DNA of 64,000 bases from Candidatus Limnocylindrales bacterium (GTDB lineage: Bacteria; Chloroflexota; Limnocylindria; Limnocylindrales; CSP1-4): the NCBI GenBank assembly GCA_035693125.1, contig DASSHB010000039.1, forward strand, positions 613-64,612, in the 5' to 3' direction. The notes under the pieces are model-generated. The model did no database searches. It had not been told where the DNA came from and saw nothing but the letters and a program-made list of their open reading frames with translations. A program made the position numbers and the translations under genes. Below, one piece after another: positions 45,850-55,530 of this stretch (positions are counted from its first letter, which is position 1; every line of letters starts with the position of its first letter).

Positions 45850-47115
45850 ATGACGACCGAGCACGTCGCCGCGGCGATCAACCCGTGGCAGGTCGCTCAG
45901 CAGCAGTTCGACCTGGCCGCCGAGCGGCTCAACCTCGACCCCGGCTTGCGCCGCGTCCTGCGCGAGCCGCGCCGTGAGCTGACGGTCCACTTCCCCGTGA
46001 AGATGGACGACGGTTCCGTCCAGGTCTACACGGGCTACCGCGTCCAGCACAACCTGGGCCGCGGCCCCGCCAAGGGCGGCATCCGCTACCACCAGGACGT
46101 GAGCATCGACGAGGTCAAGGCCCTCGCGATGTGGATGACCTGGAAGTGCGCGGTCGTCGGGATCCCGTACGGCGGCGGCAAGGGCGGCGTGATCGTCGAC
46201 CCCAAGAAGCTCAGCCAGAAGGAGCTCGAAGGGCTCAGCCGGCGCTTCTTCACCGAGATCGAGGTCCTCGTCGGGCCCGAGAAGGACATCCCCGCGCCGG
46301 ACGTCAACACGAACGCCCAGGTCATGGCCTGGTTCATGGACACCTACTCGATGCATGCCGGGCACACGGTCCCGGGCGTCGTGACCGGCAAGCCGATCTC
46401 GCTCGGCGGCTCGGAAGGCCGCAACGAGGCGACGGCGCGCGGCACGGTCTTCTGCATCATCGAGGCGTCGCGCCATCTCGGGATCGAGCTCGGCAAGGCC
46501 ACGGTCGCGATCCAGGGCTTCGGCAACGCCGGCTCGATCGCGGCCCAGCTGATCAGCGAAGAAGGCTCCACGGTCGTGGCGGTGTCCGACTCGACCGGCG
46601 GCATCCACAACCCGGCCGGGCTCGACATCAAGCGCGTCGTCGCCTGGAAGAAGGAGCACGGCACGGTCCAGGGCTTCCCCGGCGCGACCGACATCACGAA
46701 CGCCGAAGTCCTCGAGGTCGACTGCAGCATCCTGATCCCGGCCGCCCTCGAGGGCCAGATCACCGAGCGCAACGCCGGCAACATCAAGGCGAAGCTGATC
46801 GCCGAGGCCGCCAACGGACCGACCACGCCCGAGGCCGACCGGATCCTGTTCAAGAACTCGAAGTTCATGATCCCGGACATCCTGTGCAACGCCGGCGGCG
46901 TGACCGTCAGCTACTTCGAGTGGGTCCAGGACCTGAACCGCGATCATTGGTCCGAGCGAGTCGTCAACGACAAGCTCCGCGAGATCATGATCAAGGCGTT
47001 CCAGGAGGTCCTGGCGATCGCCCGCCGCGAGCAGTGCGACATGCGGACGGCCGCTTACCTCCTGGCGGTCCAGCGAGTGGCCGACGCGACCGCGATGCGC
47101 GGGCTGTACCCGTAG
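45850..47115 (+). CDS. gdh: NAD(P)-dependent glutamate dehydrogenase (Glu/Leu/Phe/Val dehydrogenase family)
   Basis: 'GPAKGGIRYHQDVSIDEVKALAMWMTWKCAVVGIPYGGGKGGV' (catalytic Lys box) and the Rossmann motif 'VAIQGFGNAGS'. Length 421 aa. Confidence 0.85.
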   Translation: MTTEHVAAAINPWQVAQQQFDLAAERLNLDPGLRRVLREPRRELTVHFPVKMDDGSVQVYTGYRVQHNLGRGPAKGGIRYHQDVSIDEVKALAMWMTWKCAVVGIPYGGGKGGVIVDPKKLSQKELEGLSRRFFTEIEVLVGPEKDIPAPDVNTNAQVMAWFMDTYSMHAGHTVPGVVTGKPISLGGSEGRNEATARGTVFCIIEASRHLGIELGKATVAIQGFGNAGSIAAQLISEEGSTVVAVSDSTGGIHNPAGLDIKRVVAWKKEHGTVQGFPGATDITNAEVLEVDCSILIPAALEGQITERNAGNIKAKLIAEAANGPTTPEADRILFKNSKFMIPDILCNAGGVTVSYFEWVQDLNRDHWSERVVNDKLREIMIKAFQEVLAIARREQCDMRTAAYLLAVQRVADATAMRGLYP

Positions 47116-47130
47116 ATCGTCGTTCCGCGA

Positions 47131-47168
47131 CGCCGGCCGGTCCCGAGGACCGGCCGGCGTTTTCGATT
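47131..47168 (+). terminator. Rho-independent terminator downstream of gdh
   Basis: Perfect 13-bp GC-rich stem (cgccggccggtcc / ggaccggccggcg) with a 3-nt loop, followed by TTTTCGATT. Confidence 0.7.
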
Positions 47169-47172
47169 CCCG

Positions 47173-47196
47173 CATCACCATCACCATCACCACCAC
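47173..47196 (+). repeat. (CATCAC)3-CACCAC hexanucleotide microsatellite (His6-tag-like sequence) in noncoding DNA
   Basis: catcaccatcaccatcaccaccac, read directly. It lies between the gdh terminator and the TetR promoter and is not within any credible ORF. Confidence 0.8.
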
Positions 47197-47236
47197 GGAC
47201 CGGTTGCGCGCCGTCCCGGATCGTCGTATCGTGACC

Positions 47237-47254
47237 TGACTGACCGGTCAGTCA
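47237..47254 (+). promoter_or_regulatory. 18-bp perfect palindrome TGACTGACCGGTCAGTCA, candidate operator for the downstream TetR regulator
   Basis: Perfect inverted repeat 32 bp upstream of the TetR start (47286). This is the typical position and size for a TetR autoregulatory operator. Confidence 0.55.
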
Positions 47255-47285
47255 ATTTCGATGGGCCGGCATCGCCGAGGCTCCC

Positions 47286-47921
47286 GTGACCCGAGCGTCG
47301 TCCTCCAAGGCCCAGCACATCCTCGCCGCCGCCACCTCGGTGTTCGCCCGCCTCGGCTTCGGTCCAGCCCGGATGGACGACGTCGCCGCCGAGGCCGGCG
47401 TCAGCAAGGGCGGCGTCTACCTGTACTACAAGGGCAAGGACGAGCTGATCGACGCCCTCGTCGGCTGGCTGTTCGAGCGGGAGACGAAGCGGCTCGCCGA
47501 TGCGCGGACGGCGGCGGGCTCGGTCGAGGATCGGCTGGTGAGGTTCGTCCACGGCTGGATCTCGGAGGTCAGCGGGATGCGCGCCGTCGCCCCGGTCGTC
47601 CTCGAGGTCTATCTGCGCTCCGTCCGGAACGCCCACGTCCGAGCCGGCCTCGAGCGGTTCCTCGATGCCTTCGAGGAGGAGCTCGCCGGGCTGATCGGGG
47701 AGGGGATCGCCAGCGGGGAGTTCCGCCCGGTCGACGCCCGGATGACCGCCGTCCAGCTCACGGCGCTCCTCGAGGGCCTCACCCTCTTTTGGCTGATCGT
47801 CCCGGATCGGATCGACCTCGTTCCGAACGCGGACGGCGGAATCCACCTCCTCCTCGACGGACTGCGGGCCCGGCCCGCGCCGGAACCGGCCCAGCCGGCT
47901 GCCACGGGAGCCGGGACGTGA
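47286..47921 (+). CDS. TetR/AcrR-family transcriptional regulator
   Basis: N-terminal HTH 'AQHILAAATSVFARLGFGPARMDDVAAEAGVSKGGVYLYYKGKDEL'. An 18-bp perfect palindrome lies 32 bp upstream. Confidence 0.8.
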   Translation: MTRASSSKAQHILAAATSVFARLGFGPARMDDVAAEAGVSKGGVYLYYKGKDELIDALVGWLFERETKRLADARTAAGSVEDRLVRFVHGWISEVSGMRAVAPVVLEVYLRSVRNAHVRAGLERFLDAFEEELAGLIGEGIASGEFRPVDARMTAVQLTALLEGLTLFWLIVPDRIDLVPNADGGIHLLLDGLRARPAPEPAQPAATGAGT

Positions 47922-48814
47922 CCCGGGATGCCGTCATCTCGGTCGAGGCGCTCACCAAGCGATATGGCTCCGTGGAGGCGGTCCGGGGAATCGACTTCGA
48001 CGTCCGGCGCGGCGAGGTCCTCGGCTTCCTCGGCCCCAACGGCGCGGGCAAGAGCACGACGATCCGTTGCCTGCTGGACCTCATTCGGCCGTCGGGGGGG
48101 AACGTCCGGATGTTCGGGCTCGACCCTCGGCACGACGGCGTCGCAATCCGCTCTCGGGTCGGCTACGTCCCCGGCGAGCTGCGACTGCCCGACCGGATGA
48201 CCGGTCGCCAGCTGGTCGCGGCGGTCTCGATCGACCGAGGCCCCGTCGATCCCGACCGGCTTGCCGCGCTGGCAGAGCGATTGGCGGTGGATCTCGGGCG
48301 TCAGAACCGTCAGCTTTCGACCGGCAACCGGCGGAAGCTCGCCCTCCTCCTGGCGTTCCTCTGGCCGGTGGAGCTGCTGATCCTCGACGAGCCGACGAAC
48401 GGGCTCGACCCCCTCATGCAGCAGACGTTCCTCGGGATGGTGGCCGAGGCGCGGGCCGCCGGCGCGACCGTTCTGTTGTCCTCACACGTCTTGAGTGAGG
48501 TCCAGCGATCCGCGGATCGGGTCGTGGTCCTGCGGGCCGGCAGGATCGCCGCCGAGGGCCCGATCGAGGAGCTCCGTCGCCGAGCTCGTCAGCGCCTGGA
48601 GGTCTGGTTCGCCGGCCCGGCCCCTGCCCAGCGGCTGGCCGGGCTCGAGGAGCTGGAGGACGTGCGGGTCGATGGGCGCCGGGTCAACGCGACGATCCGG
48701 GGCTCCGTTCGGCCGGTCCTCCGGCTGCTTGCCGACGAGCCCGTCGAGAACGTGCTGATCGAAGAGCCCGATCTCGAGGAAGCGTTCCTCGACCTGTACG
48801 GCGCCGCCTCGTGA
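47918..48814 (+). CDS. ABC transporter ATP-binding protein
   Basis: Walker A 'GPNGAGKST', signature 'LSTGNRRKL' and Walker B 'LLILDEPTNGLD'. The GTG at 47918 overlaps the TetR stop (GTGA). Confidence 0.8.
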   Translation: MTRDAVISVEALTKRYGSVEAVRGIDFDVRRGEVLGFLGPNGAGKSTTIRCLLDLIRPSGGNVRMFGLDPRHDGVAIRSRVGYVPGELRLPDRMTGRQLVAAVSIDRGPVDPDRLAALAERLAVDLGRQNRQLSTGNRRKLALLLAFLWPVELLILDEPTNGLDPLMQQTFLGMVAEARAAGATVLLSSHVLSEVQRSADRVVVLRAGRIAAEGPIEELRRRARQRLEVWFAGPAPAQRLAGLEELEDVRVDGRRVNATIRGSVRPVLRLLADEPVENVLIEEPDLEEAFLDLYGAAS

Positions 48815-49614
48815 CGGCGGTCGTCCGGTCCGTGCTGGGCGCGATGCGAGCGACGCGTCGTGGCGCGATCGCGTGGTGGCTGGCCACCGGGCTGCTCATC
48901 GTCGCCACCGTCGCGTTCTGGCCCGCGTTCCGGGGAGCGTCCGGACTGTCCGACGCGTTCTCCCAGCTGCCGAGCGGGCTCATCCAGGCGCTCGGTCTCG
49001 AGGACTTCGCGACGCCGGCCGGCTTCCTGCGCGGCAACCTGTACGAGCTGCTCGTGCCGCTCCTTCTGGTCGGTGCGGCGGTCGGCTTCGCGAATGGGCT
49101 CACGGCCGGCGAGGAAGACGCCGGCCGGCTCGAGCTCCTCCTTGCCCAGCCGGCGAGCCGGCAGCGCGTCTTCCTGGCTCGCGCCGTCGCAGTCGCGGCT
49201 TGGCTCGGCCTGATCGTGCTGGGCCTGATCGCCCTGCAGCTCCTCGCCGATCGCTGGTTCGACCTGCAGCTCGAGGCGGGCCGGATCGCCGCGACGGTCG
49301 CCGTCGTGGGGTTGCTGGCGGCGCTGCATGGCGCCCTGGCCATCGCGATCGCGGGCCTGCGGCCTCGTCCGTCGCTCGTCCTCGGTCTGACGGTCGCGAT
49401 CGCCATCGGCGGCTTCGCGGTGAGCGCCCTGTTCCCGCTCAGCGCGAGCCTCCGCCCGTGGGCGGACCTCTCCCCGTGGCGCTGGGCGTTGGCGGGGGAT
49501 CCGTTGGTCAACGGCGTCGAGCCCTGGCGCTGGCTGGCTTTGGCGGCCCCCTCGCTCCTCCTCGTCCTCGTCGGGACGGTGGCCTTCACGCGACGCGACG
49601 TCCGCTCGGCCTGA
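48811..49614 (+). CDS. ABC-2-type transporter permease
   Basis: 267 aa and six TM. Overlaps the ATPase gene via ATGA. Together with the TetR and ATPase genes this forms a likely efflux operon. Confidence 0.7.
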   Translation: MTAVVRSVLGAMRATRRGAIAWWLATGLLIVATVAFWPAFRGASGLSDAFSQLPSGLIQALGLEDFATPAGFLRGNLYELLVPLLLVGAAVGFANGLTAGEEDAGRLELLLAQPASRQRVFLARAVAVAAWLGLIVLGLIALQLLADRWFDLQLEAGRIAATVAVVGLLAALHGALAIAIAGLRPRPSLVLGLTVAIAIGGFAVSALFPLSASLRPWADLSPWRWALAGDPLVNGVEPWRWLALAAPSLLLVLVGTVAFTRRDVRSA

Positions 49615-49664
49615 TCGCTGGTCATGCGGCCTCGGCGGCCTCGGCCGCGTCGGCGGCTGGGCGG

Positions 49665-50300
49665 TCAGGCGGCCGGCTGACCGGGCGGACGGTCTCGCTG
49701 CTTCGCGCCGCCGGCTTCGCGCCACATCGTCGTGATCCGGGCGTCGTCGCGGACGGCCCGGAAGCTGCCGGCCGGCCGGAATCCGGCGCGGGCGTAGCGG
49801 TGGTCGTTCGCCGGGTTCGTCGATTCGAGCCATTGCGGGACGCCGCGCTCGTCCCAGTCCCGGAGGTTCGCCGCGAGCAGCCGCTGGCCGAGGCCGCGAC
49901 CGCGCCGATCGGGATGGGTCGCGAGGAGGCTCAGGTAGGCGTGCGGCTCAGTCGGGGTGTGGTTCGCCTCGAATCGCTCGTACAGCTCGGCGATCTCGGT
50001 GGCGCCGTCCGGGCCCAGCACGCGCCCGTTGAAGGCGAGGATCCGGGCCATCGTGGCGGCGTCGACCTCCTCGCCGCCCGGCGGGATCCAGACCGCGACC
50101 GCGGCGCCATCGTCGAGGAGCCAAAGGCCGCCCTGGGCCTGCGCCGCGGCGACGAAGAACCGCCAGTACGGCCGGTGGTGGTCCATCCGGCCGTCCGCCC
50201 GGCGCAGTGCCACCTGCCACACGGGGTCCGTGGCGAAGGCGAGGGCGACCGTCTCGGTCGCGCGGTCGATCTCGGCGGCGGTCGCCACTCGGATGTCCAC
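49665..50300 (-). CDS. GNAT-family N-acetyltransferase
   Basis: The C-terminal part of a 492-aa ORF. The GTG at 50298-50300 (VDIRVATAAEIDRATETVALAF...) gives 211 aa. It carries the acetyl-CoA-binding motif 'HPDRRGRGLGQRLL'. Confidence 0.65.
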   Translation of the reverse strand: MDIRVATAAEIDRATETVALAFATDPVWQVALRRADGRMDHHRPYWRFFVAAAQAQGGLWLLDDGAAVAVWIPPGGEEVDAATMARILAFNGRVLGPDGATEIAELYERFEANHTPTEPHAYLSLLATHPDRRGRGLGQRLLAANLRDWDERGVPQWLESTNPANDHRYARAGFRPAGSFRAVRDDARITTMWREAGGAKQRDRPPGQPAA

Positions 50301-50372
50301 CGGCGCAGGATGCGCCGCGGTCGATCGGCCCGGGGTCTGGTTCCCGAACCGGCGGCTGCTACCATCGGCCGC

Positions 50373-50978
50373 ATGCTCGACCACGAAGAGAAGTTCCTGT
50401 TCAAGGAGGAGATCCTCCACCTCGCGAACGCGGTGGCGGAGCCGGGCACGCTCGACAACGTCGAGGACCTCCTGACGGACGTGATCACCAGCCCGCGTTT
50501 CGATTCCGAGGTGTTCACCCTCGAGCGGAGCCTCCAGGTGATGCTCGGACCGCGCGCGGGCACGACCCTCGTGGGGCTGCTGACCGTGGCGCCCGAGGTC
50601 TTCGAGGAGGTCGCCGAGGTCCGGATCCCGTCCGAGGTCCACGAGCGGCTGGTCGCCTGGCGGGCGCGGTTCGGGCTGGCGATCGACAACGCGCTGAACT
50701 TCCTGAACAATCCCGACGGGATCCAGGGCCACAACTTCGCGACCCAGGTGGCCCACGTCGAGGAGCGGCGAGTCCTCCAGGGCCGGCTGACCCTCGTCCG
50801 CTACAACAACGAGCCGCAGTTCTTCCAGGCCGACGCGAGCGTGTTCATGGGCCTGATCACCGACGTCATGGAGCGGCTCGGGCCGTATCTCGAGCCGGAC
50901 GCGATCGACGCCGAGACGCTGTCGCGCCTCCGCGACGCGGTGGCTCTGATCGAACGGAAGACCGCCTCTCGGGGCTGA
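50373..50978 (+). CDS. hypothetical protein (201 aa, acidic)
   Basis: ATG at 50373 (MLDHEEKFLFKEEILHLANAV...). Coding GC3 bias. Divergent from the GNAT gene. No motif recognised. Confidence 0.45.
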   Translation: MLDHEEKFLFKEEILHLANAVAEPGTLDNVEDLLTDVITSPRFDSEVFTLERSLQVMLGPRAGTTLVGLLTVAPEVFEEVAEVRIPSEVHERLVAWRARFGLAIDNALNFLNNPDGIQGHNFATQVAHVEERRVLQGRLTLVRYNNEPQFFQADASVFMGLITDVMERLGPYLEPDAIDAETLSRLRDAVALIERKTASRG

Positions 50979-51226
50979 CGCCCGGCGGGAGTCACCCCGG
51001 CGAAGGGGCCCGATACGGCACGGTTCACGAGACGGACCATCCGACCGCCGGTTCGCGCCAATCGGGGCCAGATCATCGGGAATCCGGTCGCGTTGCCCGG
51101 TGCGCGAACGATTCGACCGGATTCGGCGTGCTGCCGCGGCCATTTCCGGTCGTTTGGTTCAGCGGGTGAACGAGCACCGCGCGTGAGTCCGCCTCGGGCC
51201 CAACGACTCCGGCACACTGACCGCCG

Positions 51227-52417
51227 ATGAAGCAGCTTTACCTCGCCGCGACCGGGCAGAACCGCGGAAAGACCACCGCGTCGCTCGGGCTGTTCGACGG
51301 GTTCATGCGAGCCGGGCTCCGGACGGCGTTCATGAAGCCGGTCGGCCAGCGGACCGTGATCGACCACGGGATGCCCGCCGACGAGGACGCCGTCCTGATG
51401 CACGAGGTCTTCCCGCTCGAGGCCGATTACGCGGCGATGAGCCCGGTCCACATCCCGCGCGGATTCACGAAGCGCTACATCGCCGGCGACGTCGTCGACG
51501 ACCTCGGCGCCAAGATCGTGGCCGCCCGCGACACGTTCCGCCAGCGCTTCGACATGCTCCTGATCGAGGGCACCGGCCACGCTGGCGTCGGTGCAGTCAT
51601 CGGCTTGAGCAACGCGGTCGTCGCTGAGATGCTGGGCGCCCCCGCGATCATCGTCAGCGAGGGCGGCGTCGGCCGGCCCATCGACGAGATCGTCCTGAAC
51701 GCGTCGCTGTTCGCGGCTCATGGCGTGCCGGTGGCCGGGGCGATCGTCAACAAGGTCGACCTCCACGCCCAGCCCGGGATCGAGGACGTCCTCGAACGCG
51801 GCCTGGCCCTCAACGGCATCCGCCTGCTCGGCGTCCTGCCGGTCCGGCCGATCCTGTCGAACCCGACCCTGGGGATGGTCCTCGAGGGTGTCCGGGGCGA
51901 GACGCTCCATCAAGGCCCGGACCTGGACCGCGTGATCGACGGGGTCGCGATCGGCGCGATGGAACCGAGCCACATGCTCCAGCGGGTCGGGCCGAAGACC
52001 CTCGTCATCGTCCCCGGCGACCGTGAGGACGTGATCCTGACCCTGACGACCGCCCATCTCGCGCGGCGGTTCCGGATCGCCGGGGCCAGCGAGGCGGCGC
52101 GCATCGCCCAGATCGCGGCCGAGGCGACGAACGAGCGGACCGCCAACGTGGAGGGCCACGAAGGTGCCGCGATCGGGCTGGTCCTGACCGGCGGCTACCG
52201 CCCACGCGACCCGGTGATCGCGGCGATCCGCCAGGCCGATCTGTTCGCGACCCTCGTCAAGGAGGACACGTACATCGTGGCGTCCGAGCTCCACGACCTG
52301 CTCGTGAAGACGCATCCCGCCGACCACGAGAAGATCTCGCTGATCAAGGCCCTCGTGGCGGACCACCTGGACATCGATCGGATCCTGACCGTCGCGACCG
52401 AGGTGCCCGCGGCCTGA
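51227..52417 (+). CDS. phosphotransacetylase N-terminal-like protein (BioD-like P-loop domain + DRTGG domain, no C-terminal Pta catalytic domain)
   Basis: 'MKQLYLAATGQNRGKTTASLGL...AFMKPVGQ' is the BioD/CobQ/Pta-N P-loop. The downstream 'LVIVPGDREDVILT' is the DRTGG-domain motif. Confidence 0.6.
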   Translation: MKQLYLAATGQNRGKTTASLGLFDGFMRAGLRTAFMKPVGQRTVIDHGMPADEDAVLMHEVFPLEADYAAMSPVHIPRGFTKRYIAGDVVDDLGAKIVAARDTFRQRFDMLLIEGTGHAGVGAVIGLSNAVVAEMLGAPAIIVSEGGVGRPIDEIVLNASLFAAHGVPVAGAIVNKVDLHAQPGIEDVLERGLALNGIRLLGVLPVRPILSNPTLGMVLEGVRGETLHQGPDLDRVIDGVAIGAMEPSHMLQRVGPKTLVIVPGDREDVILTLTTAHLARRFRIAGASEAARIAQIAAEATNERTANVEGHEGAAIGLVLTGGYRPRDPVIAAIRQADLFATLVKEDTYIVASELHDLLVKTHPADHEKISLIKALVADHLDIDRILTVATEVPAA

Positions 52418-52480
52418 CCACGAGCGGAGCGGCCGGCGGCTCCCCCCGGGCCGCCGGCCGCCGCACGGACGAGGGGGCGG

Positions 52481-53473
52481 TCAGCCGGGCTCGCGCCCTC
52501 CGACGAGCCCCGCTCGGCGGGCGCCGAGCCAGGCCAGCCGGAGGATCCCCAGGCCGATCGCCAGCGAGAGCACGATCGGGATTCCGACGATCGCCAGCCA
52601 GATCGCCGCCGTCGTCCCCACCTGGCCGATCCGGACGAGCTTGCCGCCGGCCAGCTCGGCGTCGCGCCCCGGATCCCAGAGCGGCGGACGGCTCGCGACG
52701 GGCGTCGGCGTCGCGGCTGGCGCGGGGACTGACAGGGTCAGCGTCAGGCTGCCGAAGGCCGCCGCGTCCCGCAGCGCCGCCGCCTTCGCGACGAGCTCTT
52801 CGATCTGGCCGCGCGTGTCGGTCAGCTGCTCCTGGACGGCGAGGATGTCGTCGATCTTCGCCGCCTTCGCCATGATCGCCTGGAGCGCGGCCTCGGTCGC
52901 CCGGAGGTTGGCGACCCTGGCGTCGAGGTCGACGACCTGGCCGGTGACCTCATCGGACCCGATCTCCTGGTCCAGCACCGTTCCGAGCCCACGCAGCGTC
53001 GTGAGCGCTGGGTCCCAGGCTGCCGCCGGGATCCGGACCTCGAGCGTCGCCGACGCCTCCGCTCCGTTGCCGGTTGCCTTCGATGTCGCGACGAATCCGC
53101 CGGCATCGCCGACGACCGCGCTGATCCGATCGATCGCCGCGGGGATCGCCGGCACCCGGATCGCGAGCGTACCGGTGTGGACGATGAGGAGGCCGGGGGC
53201 GGGTGCGAGGGCCGCGGCGTTCGCGTCGGCGACCTGTGGGCCGCCGCTCGGGGCGGACCCGAGGCCGGGCGTCGCTGGCCCGTCCGCGTCCGAACCGTCG
53301 GTCGAGCTGCCGTCGTTCGAGCCATCGGTGGGCGGGCCGACGGCCGCACCGACGGTCGACAGGATCTGCGGCTGGTGCGAGCCCTCCACGATGAGGAACC
53401 CGATCACGAGGACGAGGCCACCGATCAACGCGGCCAGGCTCAGGATCGGCCGCCGTCCCAAGAAATCTCCCAT
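52481..53473 (-). CDS. membrane-anchored DUF4349-like protein
   Basis: N-terminal TM, Gly/Ser/Asp-rich linker, coiled-coil-like core ('VDLDARVANLRATEAALQAIMAKAAKIDDILAVQEQLTDTRGQIEELVA') and C-terminal TM. This architecture matches DUF4349. Confidence 0.5.
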   Translation of the reverse strand: MGDFLGRRPILSLAALIGGLVLVIGFLIVEGSHQPQILSTVGAAVGPPTDGSNDGSSTDGSDADGPATPGLGSAPSGGPQVADANAAALAPAPGLLIVHTGTLAIRVPAIPAAIDRISAVVGDAGGFVATSKATGNGAEASATLEVRIPAAAWDPALTTLRGLGTVLDQEIGSDEVTGQVVDLDARVANLRATEAALQAIMAKAAKIDDILAVQEQLTDTRGQIEELVAKAAALRDAAAFGSLTLTLSVPAPAATPTPVASRPPLWDPGRDAELAGGKLVRIGQVGTTAAIWLAIVGIPIVLSLAIGLGILRLAWLGARRAGLVGGREPG

Positions 53474-53594
53474 GCGCCGGATCGTGCGTGCCCGGGCTCC
53501 TTGCGCGCGAGCGATGAGGACCCTGAACGACGCTTCGGCGGTCGCCCGGGAGCAGGACCGTCGGGCCCGCGGCTACCCATCGGACGCCTCGAGA

Positions 53595-54455
53595 TCAGCC
53601 GATGGGCTCGTTGTCGATCAGCCGCGTCGCCCCGAACCGGACCGCCAGCGAGAGGAGTACGGGTTCGCCGTCGACGACCCGCTCGAGCTCCGCGAGCGTT
53701 CGGCCGTCGGCCACGCTGACGTAGGCCGGGGTCGCCAGCGGCTCGCCGGCGAGCTGCTCGGCCATCGTGGCGCGCAGGATGTCGGCCGACCGCTCGCCCG
53801 CCTCCCAGCGCGCTCGCGCCGCGAGCAGCGCCCGCCGCAGGACCGGCGCCGCGGCGCGCTGCACGGCCGTGAGGTGGACGTTCCGCGATGAGAGCGCGAG
53901 ACCGTCGGGCTCGCGGACCGTGGGGCAGGCGATCACCTCGGTCGCGATCGCCAGGTCGCGGGCCATCTGGCGGATGACCATGACCTGCTGGGCGTCCTTC
54001 TGTCCGAAGTAGGCGTGCTCCGCGCCGACGAGGCTGAAGAGGATCGCCACGACCGTTGCGACGCCGTCGAAGTGGCCGGGCCGGGCGGCGCCTTCGAGCG
54101 GACGCGCGACCGCCCCGACCGAGACGGTCGTGTCGAACCCGGACGGGTAGATCTCCTCGACCGACGGGACGAACACGAGGTCGACGCCTTCCTCGCGGAG
54201 GATCGCAAGATCGCGGGCCTCGTTGCGTGGGTAGCGCTGGAAGTCGGCGGCCTCGTTGAACTGGCGCGGGTTGACGAAGATCGTCGCAATCGTCGTCGCG
54301 TTGTCGGACCGCGCCCGCCGGATCAGCGAGCGATGGCCGTCGTGGAGCCAGCCCATCGTCGGGACCAGTCCGACCGGCCTCGGCGCCGCCGCGAGCGCGG
54401 AGTGCAGCTCGTCACGAGTCCGCAGGACACGCGTGGAGGGCCGGCTCTCGCTCAT
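53595..54455 (-). CDS. panC: pantoate--beta-alanine ligase (pantothenate synthetase)
   Basis: 'GLVPTMGWLHDGHRSLI', 'FVNPRQF', 'YFGQKDAQQ' and 'LALSSRN' are PanC motifs. Confidence 0.9.
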   Translation of the reverse strand: MSESRPSTRVLRTRDELHSALAAAPRPVGLVPTMGWLHDGHRSLIRRARSDNATTIATIFVNPRQFNEAADFQRYPRNEARDLAILREEGVDLVFVPSVEEIYPSGFDTTVSVGAVARPLEGAARPGHFDGVATVVAILFSLVGAEHAYFGQKDAQQVMVIRQMARDLAIATEVIACPTVREPDGLALSSRNVHLTAVQRAAAPVLRRALLAARARWEAGERSADILRATMAEQLAGEPLATPAYVSVADGRTLAELERVVDGEPVLLSLAVRFGATRLIDNEPIG

Positions 54456-54628
54456 GTCGCGAGGCTACGGCATCCGCGCCGGCCTTGGTCGCGCTCGACG
54501 CCCGGAGACATGCCGAACGGCGAGGTCCTTGCGGATCTCGCCGTTCGTGGAAGGGTGGGCGACGGTTGAGGAGCGACCACCCTCGTGGCTACCGGTTCCG
54601 GCCCCCCGGCCGGTCCGGATCTGCGATG

Positions 54629-55315
54629 TCAGGCGGGCATCGGCGCCCGCTGGAAGGCCGGGGCCTTGGCCGTGACCGGGCGGACCGCCCAGACCAGGCC
54701 CAGCCCGGCGACGATGAGCACGAAGCCCAGGCCACCGAAGAGGGCGGCGAGGCCGAGCCCCAGCTGCAGGGTCGAGGCGGTGACGCTGCCCACACCGAGC
54801 TCGGCGATCAGCCCGTGGGCGAGAGCGCTCCAGGCCTGATCACGAGCCTTGGCTTCGATCGGGTTGGCCCGGTTGAAGTCCGAGAAGTACCGGCCGTCCA
54901 CCTGGAAGTCGTAGCTGCCGGCCTTGAAGACCGTGCCGTCCGCGGCGGTGACGTCCTTGTCGAGAACGACCGTCTGGGTGCTGTCGAGGGTGTGATGGGC
55001 GATCGTCGCCATCTGGACCATGTACTCGCTCGCCGTGTTGACGATCGGGTCGTTCGGATTCAGCTCGCCGCTGTCGACCTTGTAGCCCCAGTCGTTCTGG
55101 AGGAGCGATAGGATCGCCTGGCCGCCCGCGGCGTCGCCGTGGTCGGTGAGCTTGCCCTGGGCGTCGTAGGTGAGCTTCACGTTCTGCACCGCGCTGAACG
55201 CCTGGAGGGACTTGGCGCCGTCCTGGGTGCGAATGAACGCGTACCCGCCGGCTGCGACGAAGCCCAGGCCGAAGAGCGCGAGGACGAGGCCCAGCTTCTT
55301 GATTCGACCGTTCAT
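54629..55315 (-). CDS. hypothetical bitopic membrane protein (N- and C-terminal TM anchors, 228 aa)
   Basis: ATG at 55313-55315 (MNGRIKKLGLVLALFGLGFVAAG...). The C-terminal 'LGLGLAALFGGLGFVLIVAGLGLVWAV' forms the second anchor. The longer ORF to 55753 is low-complexity. It lies between panC and panB. Confidence 0.45.
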   Translation of the reverse strand: MNGRIKKLGLVLALFGLGFVAAGGYAFIRTQDGAKSLQAFSAVQNVKLTYDAQGKLTDHGDAAGGQAILSLLQNDWGYKVDSGELNPNDPIVNTASEYMVQMATIAHHTLDSTQTVVLDKDVTAADGTVFKAGSYDFQVDGRYFSDFNRANPIEAKARDQAWSALAHGLIAELGVGSVTASTLQLGLGLAALFGGLGFVLIVAGLGLVWAVRPVTAKAPAFQRAPMPA

Positions 55316-55530
55316 GTTCCTGCCCTTCCCGTTGTGGCGAAGCGGTTCGGCCGCTTCCTGGCCATCGCTGTATTCGATGACCGAAGGGTCAGGCCTCGGG
55401 ACGGTCCGGCCAAGGTGACAGGCGGACCGTTGTGCTGGGACCCGGACCCATGCCATGCGGGCCGGACGGCATGGGCCGGGCTGGGCAATTTGGATCGGCC
55501 GCGGGCGCGACTTCGCGCGGTCCCGCCGGG

